Shown: one piece after another, positions 20,885 through 29,785 of the stretch | Layout of the letters: every line of letters begins with the position of its first letter | Position numbering within the stretch: position 1 is the first letter of the stretch | Origin: a virus | Taxonomy: Duplodnaviria; Caudoviricetes | Strand: one strand, 5' to 3' | IMG/VR virus record: IMGVR_UViG_3300032282_004643 | Location: 1-58,541 of that record | Length of the DNA stretch: 58,541 bases | Notes under the pieces: model-generated | What the model saw: only the letters and a program-made list of their open reading frames with translations | The model's database searches: none | What the model was told of the DNA's origin: nothing | Made by a program: the position numbers and the translations under genes

Positions 20885-22384
20885 TTATATCTTTGAAGCA
20901 GTTTCTTCATCAAAATACTTACGAACTTCTCTTGATGCAGCACTTGCTTGTTGTTGTCCAAATGCTGTGGCCGCACCAATACTAGGAGAACCCAACCCAG
21001 TAACTTTCTTGAAACTCTCGTTTGCTGGTAGATCACTTGCCATTGTTCGTTCATTTGTTTTCATCACAAAATTATCATTTGATGCCCACAATGGTTGGAA
21101 TGGATCTGGGAACACTTGGTATTTTGAATATACAATTAGTAATCTTGCAACCAACGCAGGATTGATAATTCCCGATGGTCCAAGTGTTAGTGGTGATGTA
21201 GACATGATTGTACGTAAAAGTTCAAACATAAACATTTTCAATGGTTTTGCCATTGCAATTGGCGATGCAGATGAACTTCTACCTCCTAAGAAAATTTCAT
21301 TACCGTAAATAGTAATATTTCTATCACCACTTACCGTAACATCTCGTTTTGTACTTATAATGACATCTTCTTTTGATTCCGCGGTCAGAGTTCCTTCGGA
21401 AAATAAACTTAATGTATTTGGGGTTCGTAATATTATAGGACCAGCAGAATCAGTAGTAAATCCATCATCCAATGTATTTAAGTGAATTCCCTTCTTAGAG
21501 AACATATAAATTGATGTACTCTTTGAATTAAAAATTAATTTATCAGAATTCAATAATATTGATGCGCCATCGAACATTGGCTTTTCAAGAGTTGACCGAA
21601 GATGAATGTTTGTTCCATAGGTAGCCGGTACAAGTGGTAATATTTGTTTGGATACCAAATATATAGAACTGGCGTCTGTATTTAACGATTCGTTGGTTAA
21701 TGCTGCAGGGCCGTCTGCGGTTCTTACTGGGGAAGATTGTCCAGCGCGGAGTATAATATTTGGGTATTGTTCACCATCAGATGCCATACTCATCTGACTA
21801 CTACCAAGACGAATGGATTGTCCATATCGTCCTTGATAAATAATATCTCCTTCAAATGCTTTAACTGGGTTTACATTTAGTTCCTTAAAATTGTCACCAG
21901 CAGTAGTCTTAATTGAGGAAGCTTGTGTGGTTATTCCACGTAATGCCTGTTGTTGTCGAGATAACGATCTATTAGTAGATGCCGCAGCAAGTACTGTACC
22001 CGTTACTGGATGTGCATTCTCAGAAATTTTTCGTTTTGTATTTAATGGTCCAATATACCAATAAGTTCCCAGCATTTTAAAAACCAAAACATATTCCCCA
22101 ACAAGTGGGTATGATGTTTGATATGGTACAAGAGGATCAGCCCATACTAAATTTTTACTGTTAGTGGATTGGTCTGTATTTATGAATCTTATTTTTGCTC
22201 GTCCCACATTCGCAGTAGCACTTGATCTATTGATATCATATTTATTACTTGCTTCGTTTACTATGATTTCTTCAACTTGCGCTGCTTCATATATAAAGGA
22301 ATCCGTGACCGCAGCGGTTGTTGGTGATCCTGGTAGTAATGTTCTTACTCCATTTGTACTAACGGGAACTCTAAATCCTGGCAT
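20885..22384 (-). CDS. Baseplate hub/central spike (gp5-like)
   Basis: YPLVGEYV OB-fold-like motif; FEGDIIYQGRYGQSIRLGS; beta-helix-like repeats. Confidence 0.7.
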   Translation of the reverse strand: MPGFRVPVSTNGVRTLLPGSPTTAAVTDSFIYEAAQVEEIIVNEASNKYDINRSSATANVGRAKIRFINTDQSTNSKNLVWADPLVPYQTSYPLVGEYVLVFKMLGTYWYIGPLNTKRKISENAHPVTGTVLAAASTNRSLSRQQQALRGITTQASSIKTTAGDNFKELNVNPVKAFEGDIIYQGRYGQSIRLGSSQMSMASDGEQYPNIILRAGQSSPVRTADGPAALTNESLNTDASSIYLVSKQILPLVPATYGTNIHLRSTLEKPMFDGASILLNSDKLIFNSKSTSIYMFSKKGIHLNTLDDGFTTDSAGPIILRTPNTLSLFSEGTLTAESKEDVIISTKRDVTVSGDRNITIYGNEIFLGGRSSSASPIAMAKPLKMFMFELLRTIMSTSPLTLGPSGIINPALVARLLIVYSKYQVFPDPFQPLWASNDNFVMKTNERTMASDLPANESFKKVTGLGSPSIGAATAFGQQQASAASREVRKYFDEETASKI

Positions 22385-22779
22385 TATTTAACTCGTTTTC
22401 CTATTGAAAAGATATCTTCTTCTATGTCTTGTGCATCTTCCTTGATTTCTTCAAGTTCCATATGAATATCTTTCAACAAGGATTGCTTCTCTTCCTCAGA
22501 CAACAATCCATCCAAATTACTACTTTTCGTAGCAACACCAACAATACGTTGGGCAATTTGAGCGACACGAAGTAAATGTTCATCGTTCTTAACATTCACT
22601 TCAATAAAATCTTTTATAACAGGCCCAATGACCGCTGCATCTTCTGGGGTACGGATAAGCATAACCAACTTAGAGACAAACGTATTAATTTGTTGTCTCT
22701 TAGAGTCGGTATTCTTATAAATTTCTGAGAAGAGGTCGGAAAGTGTCTTTCCGTCAAATATTTCCTTATCTAAACTCAT
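22384..22779 (-). CDS. Hypothetical protein (possibly terminase small subunit-like)
   Basis: GGAGG SD and late motif upstream; function not supported beyond size and context. Confidence 0.5.
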   Translation of the reverse strand: MSLDKEIFDGKTLSDLFSEIYKNTDSKRQQINTFVSKLVMLIRTPEDAAVIGPVIKDFIEVNVKNDEHLLRVAQIAQRIVGVATKSSNLDGLLSEEEKQSLLKDIHMELEEIKEDAQDIEEDIFSIGKRVK

Positions 22780-22801
22780 TATAACCTCCAAGTTACTACA
22801 C

Positions 22802-22809
22802 TATAAATA
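22802..22809 (-). promoter_or_regulatory. Putative late promoter TATTTATA
   Basis: Heads the baseplate operon. Confidence 0.6.
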
Positions 22810-22817
22810 GTTAGAGG

Positions 22818-23555
22818 CTATTTTTTATACGTAAAATATGCGGATGGGTCGGAAATATGTCCTGTTCTTCTAAATTCTTGCATTTGCGTGATTACATGTG
22901 ACCGCATTTTATTGATAACTTTGGTGATGTGAGATGTTTTGTGGTTGGTCATCTCTCTAATCATCAAATAGAGGGCTTTCTTATTGAAGTTATCAATATT
23001 ATCTACCCGGCGGAGCAACTCAACGACCGCAGTAGCAATATCTATGTCTCGGCGTTTCTTAAAAATTTTAGTGGTATTAAAATCCCAATATTGAACAAGT
23101 AAATGGATAAAATCACGCATATCACTCTTTACGTCTTGTTCTTCCGGTTCCGAAACAAGTATTTCTTCCAGAGAAAATGTTTCGTCTGTCTTGTCGCCTA
23201 GATATACAGAACGTTTTTCTTCCTTATATGCATTGTTATTATGTAATATAAGATAATTTTTAGCAATTACACTAAAATAGGAGAACGCTTTACCCTTGCC
23301 GGATGTAAATTTATGTAGATTGATGACCAAAAAAGAAACAACTTCCGACTTTACATCTTCAAAACTACCTTCCATATACGGAAACTTAAATCTATTGATT
23401 ACGTTCTCCGCTAGTTTATCAAATGGTGCCCAGATGTATTCACGATATAGATGTTCTCTTTCATCTGGATCTGTACTTTCGTTGTACTTTATGATTGCAT
23501 CTTCTGTTTCTTGTGTAAAATAAACTTTACCCAACTTAGTTTTCTTGCGTCCCAT
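22818..23555 (-). CDS. Phage late sigma factor (T4 gp55-like)
   Basis: Region-2-like KFTSGKGKAFSYFSVIAKNYL; YFTQETEDAIIKYN N-terminus. Confidence 0.7.
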   Translation of the reverse strand: MGRKKTKLGKVYFTQETEDAIIKYNESTDPDEREHLYREYIWAPFDKLAENVINRFKFPYMEGSFEDVKSEVVSFLVINLHKFTSGKGKAFSYFSVIAKNYLILHNNNAYKEEKRSVYLGDKTDETFSLEEILVSEPEEQDVKSDMRDFIHLLVQYWDFNTTKIFKKRRDIDIATAVVELLRRVDNIDNFNKKALYLMIREMTNHKTSHITKVINKMRSHVITQMQEFRRTGHISDPSAYFTYKK

Positions 23556-23817
23556 CTTGTGTGTCACTCCCGTAGATGAGCGGACGTAAATCATTGATGG
23601 TATCTGTTAGTTGAGTGAATACGTTACCTACTTCGTCATCCTTCTCAAACATTTGCCGTTCATCAATGGCCCGCATTATAGTTAATGTTCTGTTCAGACG
23701 GGAATAGAAATTATTGATTGCATCTTCCATTAACTCATTTTTACGTAACATATTTACCGTTGCGTAACCCAGTGCTACATTAAGTAAAACACTAATAATT
23801 GTTAGTACTAGAATCAT
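23536..23817 (-). CDS. Small membrane-anchored protein
   Basis: N-terminal hydrophobic helix + coiled coil. Confidence 0.6.
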   Translation of the reverse strand: MILVLTIISVLLNVALGYATVNMLRKNELMEDAINNFYSRLNRTLTIMRAIDERQMFEKDDEVGNVFTQLTDTINDLRPLIYGSDTQDGTQEN

Positions 23818-24338
23818 AAGTTAATTAGTTTGTAACTTGAAAAGGCTTTCATATACTCACGAATACTCGTTCCGTTTGCATCTGTTCTACCTTGCCAGTC
23901 TGTACTTTGGAGGAAGTCTATAACATTTTGTGGCCCCGCAAGGTGCGCTGCCGCTAAAATACCAGACCGTGTAATTTTAATTCCCTTTACTACTTTACCG
24001 TCATATTTTTTAATAATAAAGTTTAATTCTTGATTGTTTAGTCGCATATTAGCAACCATTACAGAATCTTGAAGTTCGGGATTTGAAAGAAATTGTTTTT
24101 TAGTTACCCGAAACCCTAACATTTTAATAGTTACTGGGTCAAACTGATACTTTCCCAACATACCAAATTGGTTTACAACGTGTGGTGTATTATCACTTTC
24201 CCGTCGTGCCATATGGTTTAAAAACTTTTCCAATTCCGTTGGTTGTGACCGAACAATACGGTTCGGTACTTGTACTTCATTTATTTTTAACAATACCAAA
24301 ACCACCAATACACTTACAATGGTTATTAAGTTTCTCAT
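23814..24338 (-). CDS. Lysozyme/transglycosylase-like protein with N-terminal signal anchor
   Basis: RES...GKYQF...AAHLAG lysozyme-like motifs. Confidence 0.7.
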   Translation of the reverse strand: MRNLITIVSVLVVLVLLKINEVQVPNRIVRSQPTELEKFLNHMARRESDNTPHVVNQFGMLGKYQFDPVTIKMLGFRVTKKQFLSNPELQDSVMVANMRLNNQELNFIIKKYDGKVVKGIKITRSGILAAAHLAGPQNVIDFLQSTDWQGRTDANGTSIREYMKAFSSYKLINL

Positions 24339-24349
24339 ACAATCTCCTA

Positions 24350-25384
24350 TTAGAGAAGATGCGGTTTCGCCTCATTCATCCCAGCGTTCGTTACTACAAC
24401 ATACTCTGGATTAAATTCTTTCAGATTTCTTGCTCCTGCGTAAGACAACGCCGACCGTAATCCGTCCACTAAACCATCAATGATGAATTTTGCTCCACCT
24501 TTGAACGGGACCACGGTTGATTCACCTTCAACATTACGAATTTCTTGTCCATGAATACTCTTTGTTTCCAAGGACGCTGCGCCACGGTAACGCTTATATA
24601 AACCTTTTTGTGTTTCAATAATTTTTCCCGGTGCTTCTTTTGTTCCTGCCAGAAGTGAACCAAGAATTACTGAGTCTGCTCCTACTGCCAACGCTTTAGC
24701 AATATCACCACTATTACGAATACCACCACACGCAATAACAGGAACATTTGCTACGCTTGCAACATCAACAAGTGATGTTACATTAGGAACACCGAAACCA
24801 GTTTTAACTCTGGTTGTACACAACGAACCACCACCGATACCCACTCGAAGTGCGTCAGCACCCCAACTTTCCAAGTCTATCGCTGCTTCTGCGGTAGCAA
24901 TATTTCCTGCAATAATATCAACTCCCGGAAAATTGCTTTTCAGTTTACTAATTGCATCTTTTACAAACTTATGATAACCGTGAGCGACATCAATTAAGAT
25001 AATATTAACACCATTCTTAACCAATTCTTGCGCTCGTTCTAAATAATCACCGTTTGCACCGATTGCTGCCATTTTAGGAACTGAGTACTCACCCCACAAT
25101 TGACTATCTATTGGGAATGCATTGAAAAAATTTACTTCAGCAACTTGTTCTTCAATAGACATAAATCGGTGAATACACCCAACTCCACCAAGATTTGCCA
25201 TAGCAACCGCCATTTCACCATCACATACTGTATCCATAGGACTTGCAATGAACGGAACTCTAATACTATAATTAGTAGTTAATTGCGTTGTAAGGTCAAT
25301 TATTTTACGAGATTCTATATCCGAATATCCAGGAACCAATTGGATATCGTCGTAAGTCAATGCTCTATCGTACGATGGTATCAT
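24350..25384 (-). CDS. guaB: IMP dehydrogenase/GMP reductase family (CBS-less)
   Basis: ASPMDTV, IDVAHG, GIGGGSLCTTR catalytic Cys, YRGAAS, VEGES. Confidence 0.88.
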   Translation of the reverse strand: MIPSYDRALTYDDIQLVPGYSDIESRKIIDLTTQLTTNYSIRVPFIASPMDTVCDGEMAVAMANLGGVGCIHRFMSIEEQVAEVNFFNAFPIDSQLWGEYSVPKMAAIGANGDYLERAQELVKNGVNIILIDVAHGYHKFVKDAISKLKSNFPGVDIIAGNIATAEAAIDLESWGADALRVGIGGGSLCTTRVKTGFGVPNVTSLVDVASVANVPVIACGGIRNSGDIAKALAVGADSVILGSLLAGTKEAPGKIIETQKGLYKRYRGAASLETKSIHGQEIRNVEGESTVVPFKGGAKFIIDGLVDGLRSALSYAGARNLKEFNPEYVVVTNAGMNEAKPHLL

Positions 25385-25991
25385 AATATGCGTTTTGCTC
25401 CCTTTGTCTATTAATGTCTTTAATATGGTAAAGTGAAAATTCTTCTTCTGCCGGGAGCGGTGCGTGTGTCTTATATCCAACAATACGCTCGTGTACTTTA
25501 CCTTCCCAACGAATATCTTCACTATTTCTATACAACCGTGTTTGGTAATCTGGGAACATTACCCATCCGTTTTCATTGATCGTCCATCCCCATCGTCTAA
25601 TGTCATCATCCGTCAGTCCTTCAACAACATTAACTCTCGGAATTAGGAATAAATCTACATTGGTATTATTATACACAATGTCGTGTAGGTATGTCAAGAG
25701 GTTACTATGAAATTTTTCATCAGCATCCACCTGAAAGATATAATCACCATTACAGAGAGAATTTAAATAATTTTTATGTTCTGCGAAATCGTTGTTCAGT
25801 GCATGATTGAATAACTTAATTTTGTCGTCATCTGCATAATGATATAGTGTCTGCAACGTGAATGCGTCGGTAGAATTGTCATCAACGACAACAATTTCAT
25901 CACCCGTTTTTTCGCAATGGGGAATGAGTTGGTCGAGCAATTGCCGAATGTAATGACCTTCATTATGAGTTGTAATCGCAAAACTAATCAT
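25365..25991 (-). CDS. Glycosyltransferase family 2
   Basis: VVVDDNSTD, VDADE DxD, WEGKVHE. Confidence 0.85.
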   Translation of the reverse strand: MISFAITTHNEGHYIRQLLDQLIPHCEKTGDEIVVVDDNSTDAFTLQTLYHYADDDKIKLFNHALNNDFAEHKNYLNSLCNGDYIFQVDADEKFHSNLLTYLHDIVYNNTNVDLFLIPRVNVVEGLTDDDIRRWGWTINENGWVMFPDYQTRLYRNSEDIRWEGKVHERIVGYKTHAPLPAEEEFSLYHIKDINRQREQNAYYDTIVR

Positions 25992-26884
25992 AGTAACTCC
26001 CAGTATTTAAACAATGCCAATTCTTTGGCTTTAGCTTCTAGATCAATGTCAATATCCAAGTTGTAATCGTCAATGCGCTGAAAAACATAGTCAGCGTGAG
26101 CACGAGGGTTACCAGAAACATTTTCATTGATATTTTTACTCTCGCTATAATGGAATAGTGGTTTGGTGTCCCACGTAGAGGCTGCTACGTTAGCAGCATA
26201 TTCCGATGACAATCCATCTGTATGAAACGTGTGGTGGAAATAATCAAATGTAATAGGAGTACGAATACGTGAATAAATCTCACGATGTAGTTGATTAACA
26301 GAGAATGCGTTTTGTTTGTCGTCATTCTCAACGACCAATCGCTTCTTACAGTTATCGGAAAGTCTGTCAAATGCGTGGAGCCAACGATTAATTGTATCGT
26401 CAGCGTAATTCATACCCACATGAATATTAAGACAGTTGTAATGAGATGCTTCCAACCCCATCAAATCAAATACTTCCGAATGATGTTCTAGGTCATGAAT
26501 AGCATTATCTACTACTTCTGGTTTTGCCGAACCTAGCTTTACAAAGTGGTCTGGGTGTGCGGTGATGCGTTGACCTGTATTATATGCTATGGCTCCCGCA
26601 GCGAGTAGATACTGACTAATTTTATCGTAGTCAGGTAAGTCAACAAGTTTATACTTGGAGTTCCACGGGAAAATATCAGATGACAGACGGAACACCTTGA
26701 TATTATTATCAGCGTTCCACTTAATAACCTCCACTAAATCCCGTGCATTTTGTAGCGCCAATTCGGACGCGTACTTGATTCCACGTTCTAGAAAGGTACG
26801 TTGAATCATACCACGGTTGGTGGTAATTTTACGAGACTTTTGTAATGTAGTATTGATGCAACAATAACCGACGTTATGTGACAT
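25988..26884 (-). CDS. uvsE: UV damage endonuclease
   Basis: GYCCIN, FRLSSDIFP, HPDHF, VENDDK, FDYFHH, HADY, EAKAKE. Confidence 0.92.
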   Translation of the reverse strand: MSHNVGYCCINTTLQKSRKITTNRGMIQRTFLERGIKYASELALQNARDLVEVIKWNADNNIKVFRLSSDIFPWNSKYKLVDLPDYDKISQYLLAAGAIAYNTGQRITAHPDHFVKLGSAKPEVVDNAIHDLEHHSEVFDLMGLEASHYNCLNIHVGMNYADDTINRWLHAFDRLSDNCKKRLVVENDDKQNAFSVNQLHREIYSRIRTPITFDYFHHTFHTDGLSSEYAANVAASTWDTKPLFHYSESKNINENVSGNPRAHADYVFQRIDDYNLDIDIDLEAKAKELALFKYWELL

Positions 26885-26911
26885 ATACGCAACCTTGTTA
26901 GAGATGTATAT

Positions 26912-26940
26912 AATATATCACATATACGTCACATTGTCAA
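26912..26940 (-). promoter_or_regulatory. Sigma70-type promoter
   Basis: TTGACA-17-TATATT upstream of uvsE. Confidence 0.75.
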
Positions 26941-26943
26941 GTC

Positions 26944-28011
26944 TTATTTTATAACACCATTTCGTTTAGCCCACCACTTTTCTAAAACTTCTTCTGTTTC
27001 GGCTTTTGTCATATATTGTGGAAATGGATCTTCTTCGTCCCAATCACCATTATTAAATGGTATTATTTTACGTTCGTCGGCGGGTAGTTCTTCTGTGCGT
27101 TTTATCACCGTTTCTTCTTGCACATTTGACTCAGGAACGACTTTTTCTCTACTAGTGAACACTATCTCTGGTATTCCAGATTCCCGTTCGTATGGTGTAG
27201 TCTCGTTAAAAATAGTTAATTTTTTAGGTTCTTCTATTAGTTCACCACGTTTTTCTAAGAAATTATAAGCTAATACTAGACAGATTGAAAGTGGATCAAA
27301 TACCAATACAATTATTAATATAAACCATTTAACTACCGTATCCAGTGGGACGCCGATTGCTTTGGAAATGTATACAAACGTTCCGATATCAGAATTGGTA
27401 TTAATTTCCACTTCCTTTGTTATACTACGTGCTTTTAAGCTATCTCGTTGAGCAGATGTTTGATTAATTTCTTTTTGTAACTGAGTTGCTGTTCTATTCA
27501 ATTCTGCTAAACTATTCTGTGCTGAACGAATTGTTGTATTTGATCCTGTGGTACTTTTACTAATAAGATTATCAATACGATTTTCTTGTTGACCACGAAG
27601 TGAGATAATCTGATCTAATCGTGTAGTTTTACGTTTAATTTCTTCTTCTAAGGTTGCTGCTTGTGAATTATAAATTTGAACATCAGCATTCATTTTCAAT
27701 GGTTCAGCTGCAACTTTTGCATACGCAGATGACAAATATCCGTAGATGCCCGCCGAGGTAATACCCACCAGTACTATGCTAGCAATCAACATATAACTCT
27801 TTAATGCTTTAGGAATTTCAGGCCAAAATCTATACAGAAACGAAACTCCTACCAATTTTCCCAATTCCAAAGCACTAGCCATTACCATTGCGGATGTTGC
27901 TGCTCCTGCGAACAAGGTACCAATACCCGTTACAGAAAACAATGCGGCGCATCCTGCGATTGCTAATGCGGAAAATGAAACCAGTGTTTTGAAATTAAAA
28001 AATTTATTCAT
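26944..28011 (-). CDS. Multi-TM membrane protein with periplasmic coiled coil
   Basis: Three N-terminal TM helices, coiled coil, LVFDPL TM helix. Confidence 0.7.
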   Translation of the reverse strand: MNKFFNFKTLVSFSALAIAGCAALFSVTGIGTLFAGAATSAMVMASALELGKLVGVSFLYRFWPEIPKALKSYMLIASIVLVGITSAGIYGYLSSAYAKVAAEPLKMNADVQIYNSQAATLEEEIKRKTTRLDQIISLRGQQENRIDNLISKSTTGSNTTIRSAQNSLAELNRTATQLQKEINQTSAQRDSLKARSITKEVEINTNSDIGTFVYISKAIGVPLDTVVKWFILIIVLVFDPLSICLVLAYNFLEKRGELIEEPKKLTIFNETTPYERESGIPEIVFTSREKVVPESNVQEETVIKRTEELPADERKIIPFNNGDWDEEDPFPQYMTKAETEEVLEKWWAKRNGVIK

Positions 28012-28022
28012 ATATACTCCAA

Positions 28023-28059
28023 GAAAAAACGGGTCGGACTTTGTGGGTTCCGACCCGTT
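28023..28059 (-). terminator. Rho-independent terminator
   Basis: ACGGGTCGGA/TCCGACCCGT stem followed by TTTTTCTT. Confidence 0.8.
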
Positions 28060-28130
28060 GTATTTTCACATGATCTCCCAAATGTTTCAAGGTTTGAGCC
28101 TAAACATAACCGATATAGATCACCCCCTGG

Positions 28131-28181
28131 TTAATCGGTTACGTGGTTTTGACAAGTACAAAATAAGCAACTACACATCAT
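28131..28181 (-). CDS. Putative 16-aa Cys-rich mini-peptide MMCSCLFCTCQNHVTD
   Basis: GGAGG SD 5 nt before ATG. Confidence 0.35.
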   Translation of the reverse strand: MMCSCLFCTCQNHVTD

Positions 28182-28206
28182 ACAAACCTCCAAATGTGAA
28201 TGTAAA

Positions 28207-28686
28207 TTACTTAATAGTAACCTTTTTAGTTTCCGGCTCCTTCGTCAACTTTTGGATTGTAATTGTAAGTAACCCATTATTAAACTTCGCATCTACATCT
28301 GAGACATCCAACTGGTCACCAACCTTAAACGACCGGCTGAAAGCACTGCGCTTCAACTCACGGAGGAGATAAACTGCTTTATCAGTTTGTTCAGTGGATT
28401 GTGATGCCTTGCCAGATATAGTGAGAACTCCATCCTGTACTGAGATATCAATCTCATCTTTTTTATATCCTGCCAATTCTGCTTCAATTAATACAGAATC
28501 ATCATTTGAAATAACGTTAACCTTTGGATATGATGCCTTTCCAAACGGTTCAACACCCAGATGTTCAAATAGTTCTGGAAAACTACTTCGTGTCATATCA
28601 TCAAACATCTTATCAAACGTACTGATGAAATTGTCACGAGAATTTAAAACATTGGTACTAAACGGACGAAAAACTAAACGAGTCAT
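28207..28686 (-). CDS. Small heat shock protein Hsp20/IbpA
   Basis: YPKVNV, ELAGY, FSRSF, NGLLTITI alpha-crystallin motifs; AGGAGG SD. Confidence 0.92.
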   Translation of the reverse strand: MTRLVFRPFSTNVLNSRDNFISTFDKMFDDMTRSSFPELFEHLGVEPFGKASYPKVNVISNDDSVLIEAELAGYKKDEIDISVQDGVLTISGKASQSTEQTDKAVYLLRELKRSAFSRSFKVGDQLDVSDVDAKFNNGLLTITIQKLTKEPETKKVTIK

Positions 28687-28763
28687 AAAATGACCTCCTA
28701 TGTTATGTGACCCCAATAGGGCGTCACGGTAAAAAGGACTCCATCCCTATGATGCGAGTCCTA

Positions 28764-28771
28764 TATAAATA
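28764..28771 (-). promoter_or_regulatory. Putative late promoter TATTTATA
   Basis: Upstream of Hsp20 structured leader. Confidence 0.55.
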
Positions 28772-28804
28772 TAAAGTTTACGTAGTTTTAAATTAGTTTA
28801 TAAG

Positions 28805-28888
28805 AGCTCCCGGTGGGATTCGAACCCACAATGTTTCTTATGTGCTGGTTTACAAAACCAGTGCCATCAACCGTTAGGCGACAGGAGC
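28805..28888 (-). tRNA. tRNA-Thr(TGT), enlarged variable region
   Basis: GCTCCTG/CGGGAGC acceptor, CTGGT-TTTGTAA-ACCAG, GTTCGAATC. Confidence 0.8.
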
Positions 28889-28893
28889 ATATA

Positions 28894-29045
28894 CCAGTTC
28901 GGTTGATCAGACCGCGCATTCCTCAACTGGTGGTGAGTAGTAGGATTTCTATCTACGAGCAGTTCATTGACGTATCCTGGGAGGCCAATCCCATGACCTG
29001 TGTAGTCTCTCCGCTATGTTGTAGAGGAAGAAACACCTACGCTAA
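28894..29045 (-). ncRNA. Putative structured RNA(s) between tRNA-Trp and tRNA-Thr
   Basis: Non-coding, elevated GC, several stems (GGGA/TCCC, CCAGTT/AACTGG, CGGT/ACCG). Confidence 0.4.
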
Positions 29046-29117
29046 CACGCCCTGCAGGAGTCGAACCCACACCTAGCAGATTTGGAGGCTGCTGTACTAC
29101 CATTACACCAAGGACGT
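29046..29117 (-). tRNA. tRNA-Trp(CCA)
   Basis: Cloverleaf, loop CTCCAAA, GTTCGACTC. Confidence 0.8.
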
Positions 29118-29120
29118 ATA

Positions 29121-29205
29121 CGGACAGGGTGAGATTCGAACTCACGGAACCTTTCAGTTCGGCAGTTTTCAAGACTGCTGCCTTAAACCACTCGGCCACC
29201 TGTCC
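29121..29205 (-). tRNA. tRNA-Ser(TGA)
   Basis: Loop CTTGAAA, long variable arm, G73. Confidence 0.93.
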
Positions 29206-29213
29206 CGAAATAA

Positions 29214-29298
29214 AATAAGAACACTCCCTATCAAACAGTTACCTGTTCTTCCTGCCACCACAACAAGTGCGCCACGCCACGCACGGGATGTTCTTATT
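29214..29298 (-). ncRNA. Putative ~85-nt multi-stem RNA
   Basis: 14-bp closing stem enclosing GTGCG/CGCAC and AACAG-GTAA-CTGTT hairpins. Confidence 0.55.
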
Positions 29299-29302
29299 AA
29301 GA

Positions 29303-29375
29303 TGGAGCGGTCTGCCAGAGTTGAACTGCTCTTGTAAGCTGGAAGCTTACCGTGCTGACGTTACACTAAGACCGC
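29303..29375 (-). tRNA. tRNA-Gly(TCC), encoded CCA, imperfect T-stem
   Basis: GCGGTCT/AGACCGC-TCCA, loop CTTCCAG. Confidence 0.78.
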
Positions 29376-29381
29376 ATTTTA

Positions 29382-29570
29382 TTACTTAACTGCCGGACCT
29401 TCCTTCGGGGTGACTACGATTGTGTCTGCTGCCTTAACCGAATCAGTATTCAATTTGGTCGAATCAACTACCACAGCAGTACTGTCAGTAGTAACTTTAC
29501 CCTGAACTTCTGCATTCTTTGCACATGCTGCCAAACCAACTACTGCTACTGCGAGAATAAACTTGTACAT
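29382..29570 (-). CDS. Small lipoprotein
   Basis: MYKFILAVAVVGLAAC lipobox; GGAG SD. Confidence 0.7.
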   Translation of the reverse strand: MYKFILAVAVVGLAACAKNAEVQGKVTTDSTAVVVDSTKLNTDSVKAADTIVVTPKEGPAVK

Positions 29571-29642
29571 TGTGTACGCTCCATAAAAAATGAATAATGA
29601 AACAACCATTAAAATAATAAAATGTCACTACGATACTACAAG

Positions 29643-29713
29643 TTGCCCTCCAAGGATTCGAACCTTGACTCGCGGATCCAAAGTCCGCTGTCCTGCCGTT
29701 AGACGAAAGGGCA
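29643..29713 (-). tRNA. tRNA-Gln(TTG)
   Basis: Loop CTTTGGA, U1-A72. Confidence 0.93.
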
Positions 29714-29714
29714 A

Positions 29715-29778
29715 TGGTGGGAAGGGGATTGATAGGTTCCACTCTATCCAGCACCCCGCGGACTAGAACCGTTTCCCA
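29715..29778 (-). ncRNA. 64-nt CCA-ended tRNA-like RNA
   Basis: TGGGAA/TTCCCA-CCA closing stem, T-loop-like and D-loop-like hairpins, no anticodon arm. Confidence 0.5.
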
Positions 29779-29785
29779 TGCTGTT

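Noticed and set aside
28894-28930. Hammerhead ribozyme (CTGATCA..CGAA)
   Set aside because: The core lacks CUGANGA/GAAA and a three-stem junction
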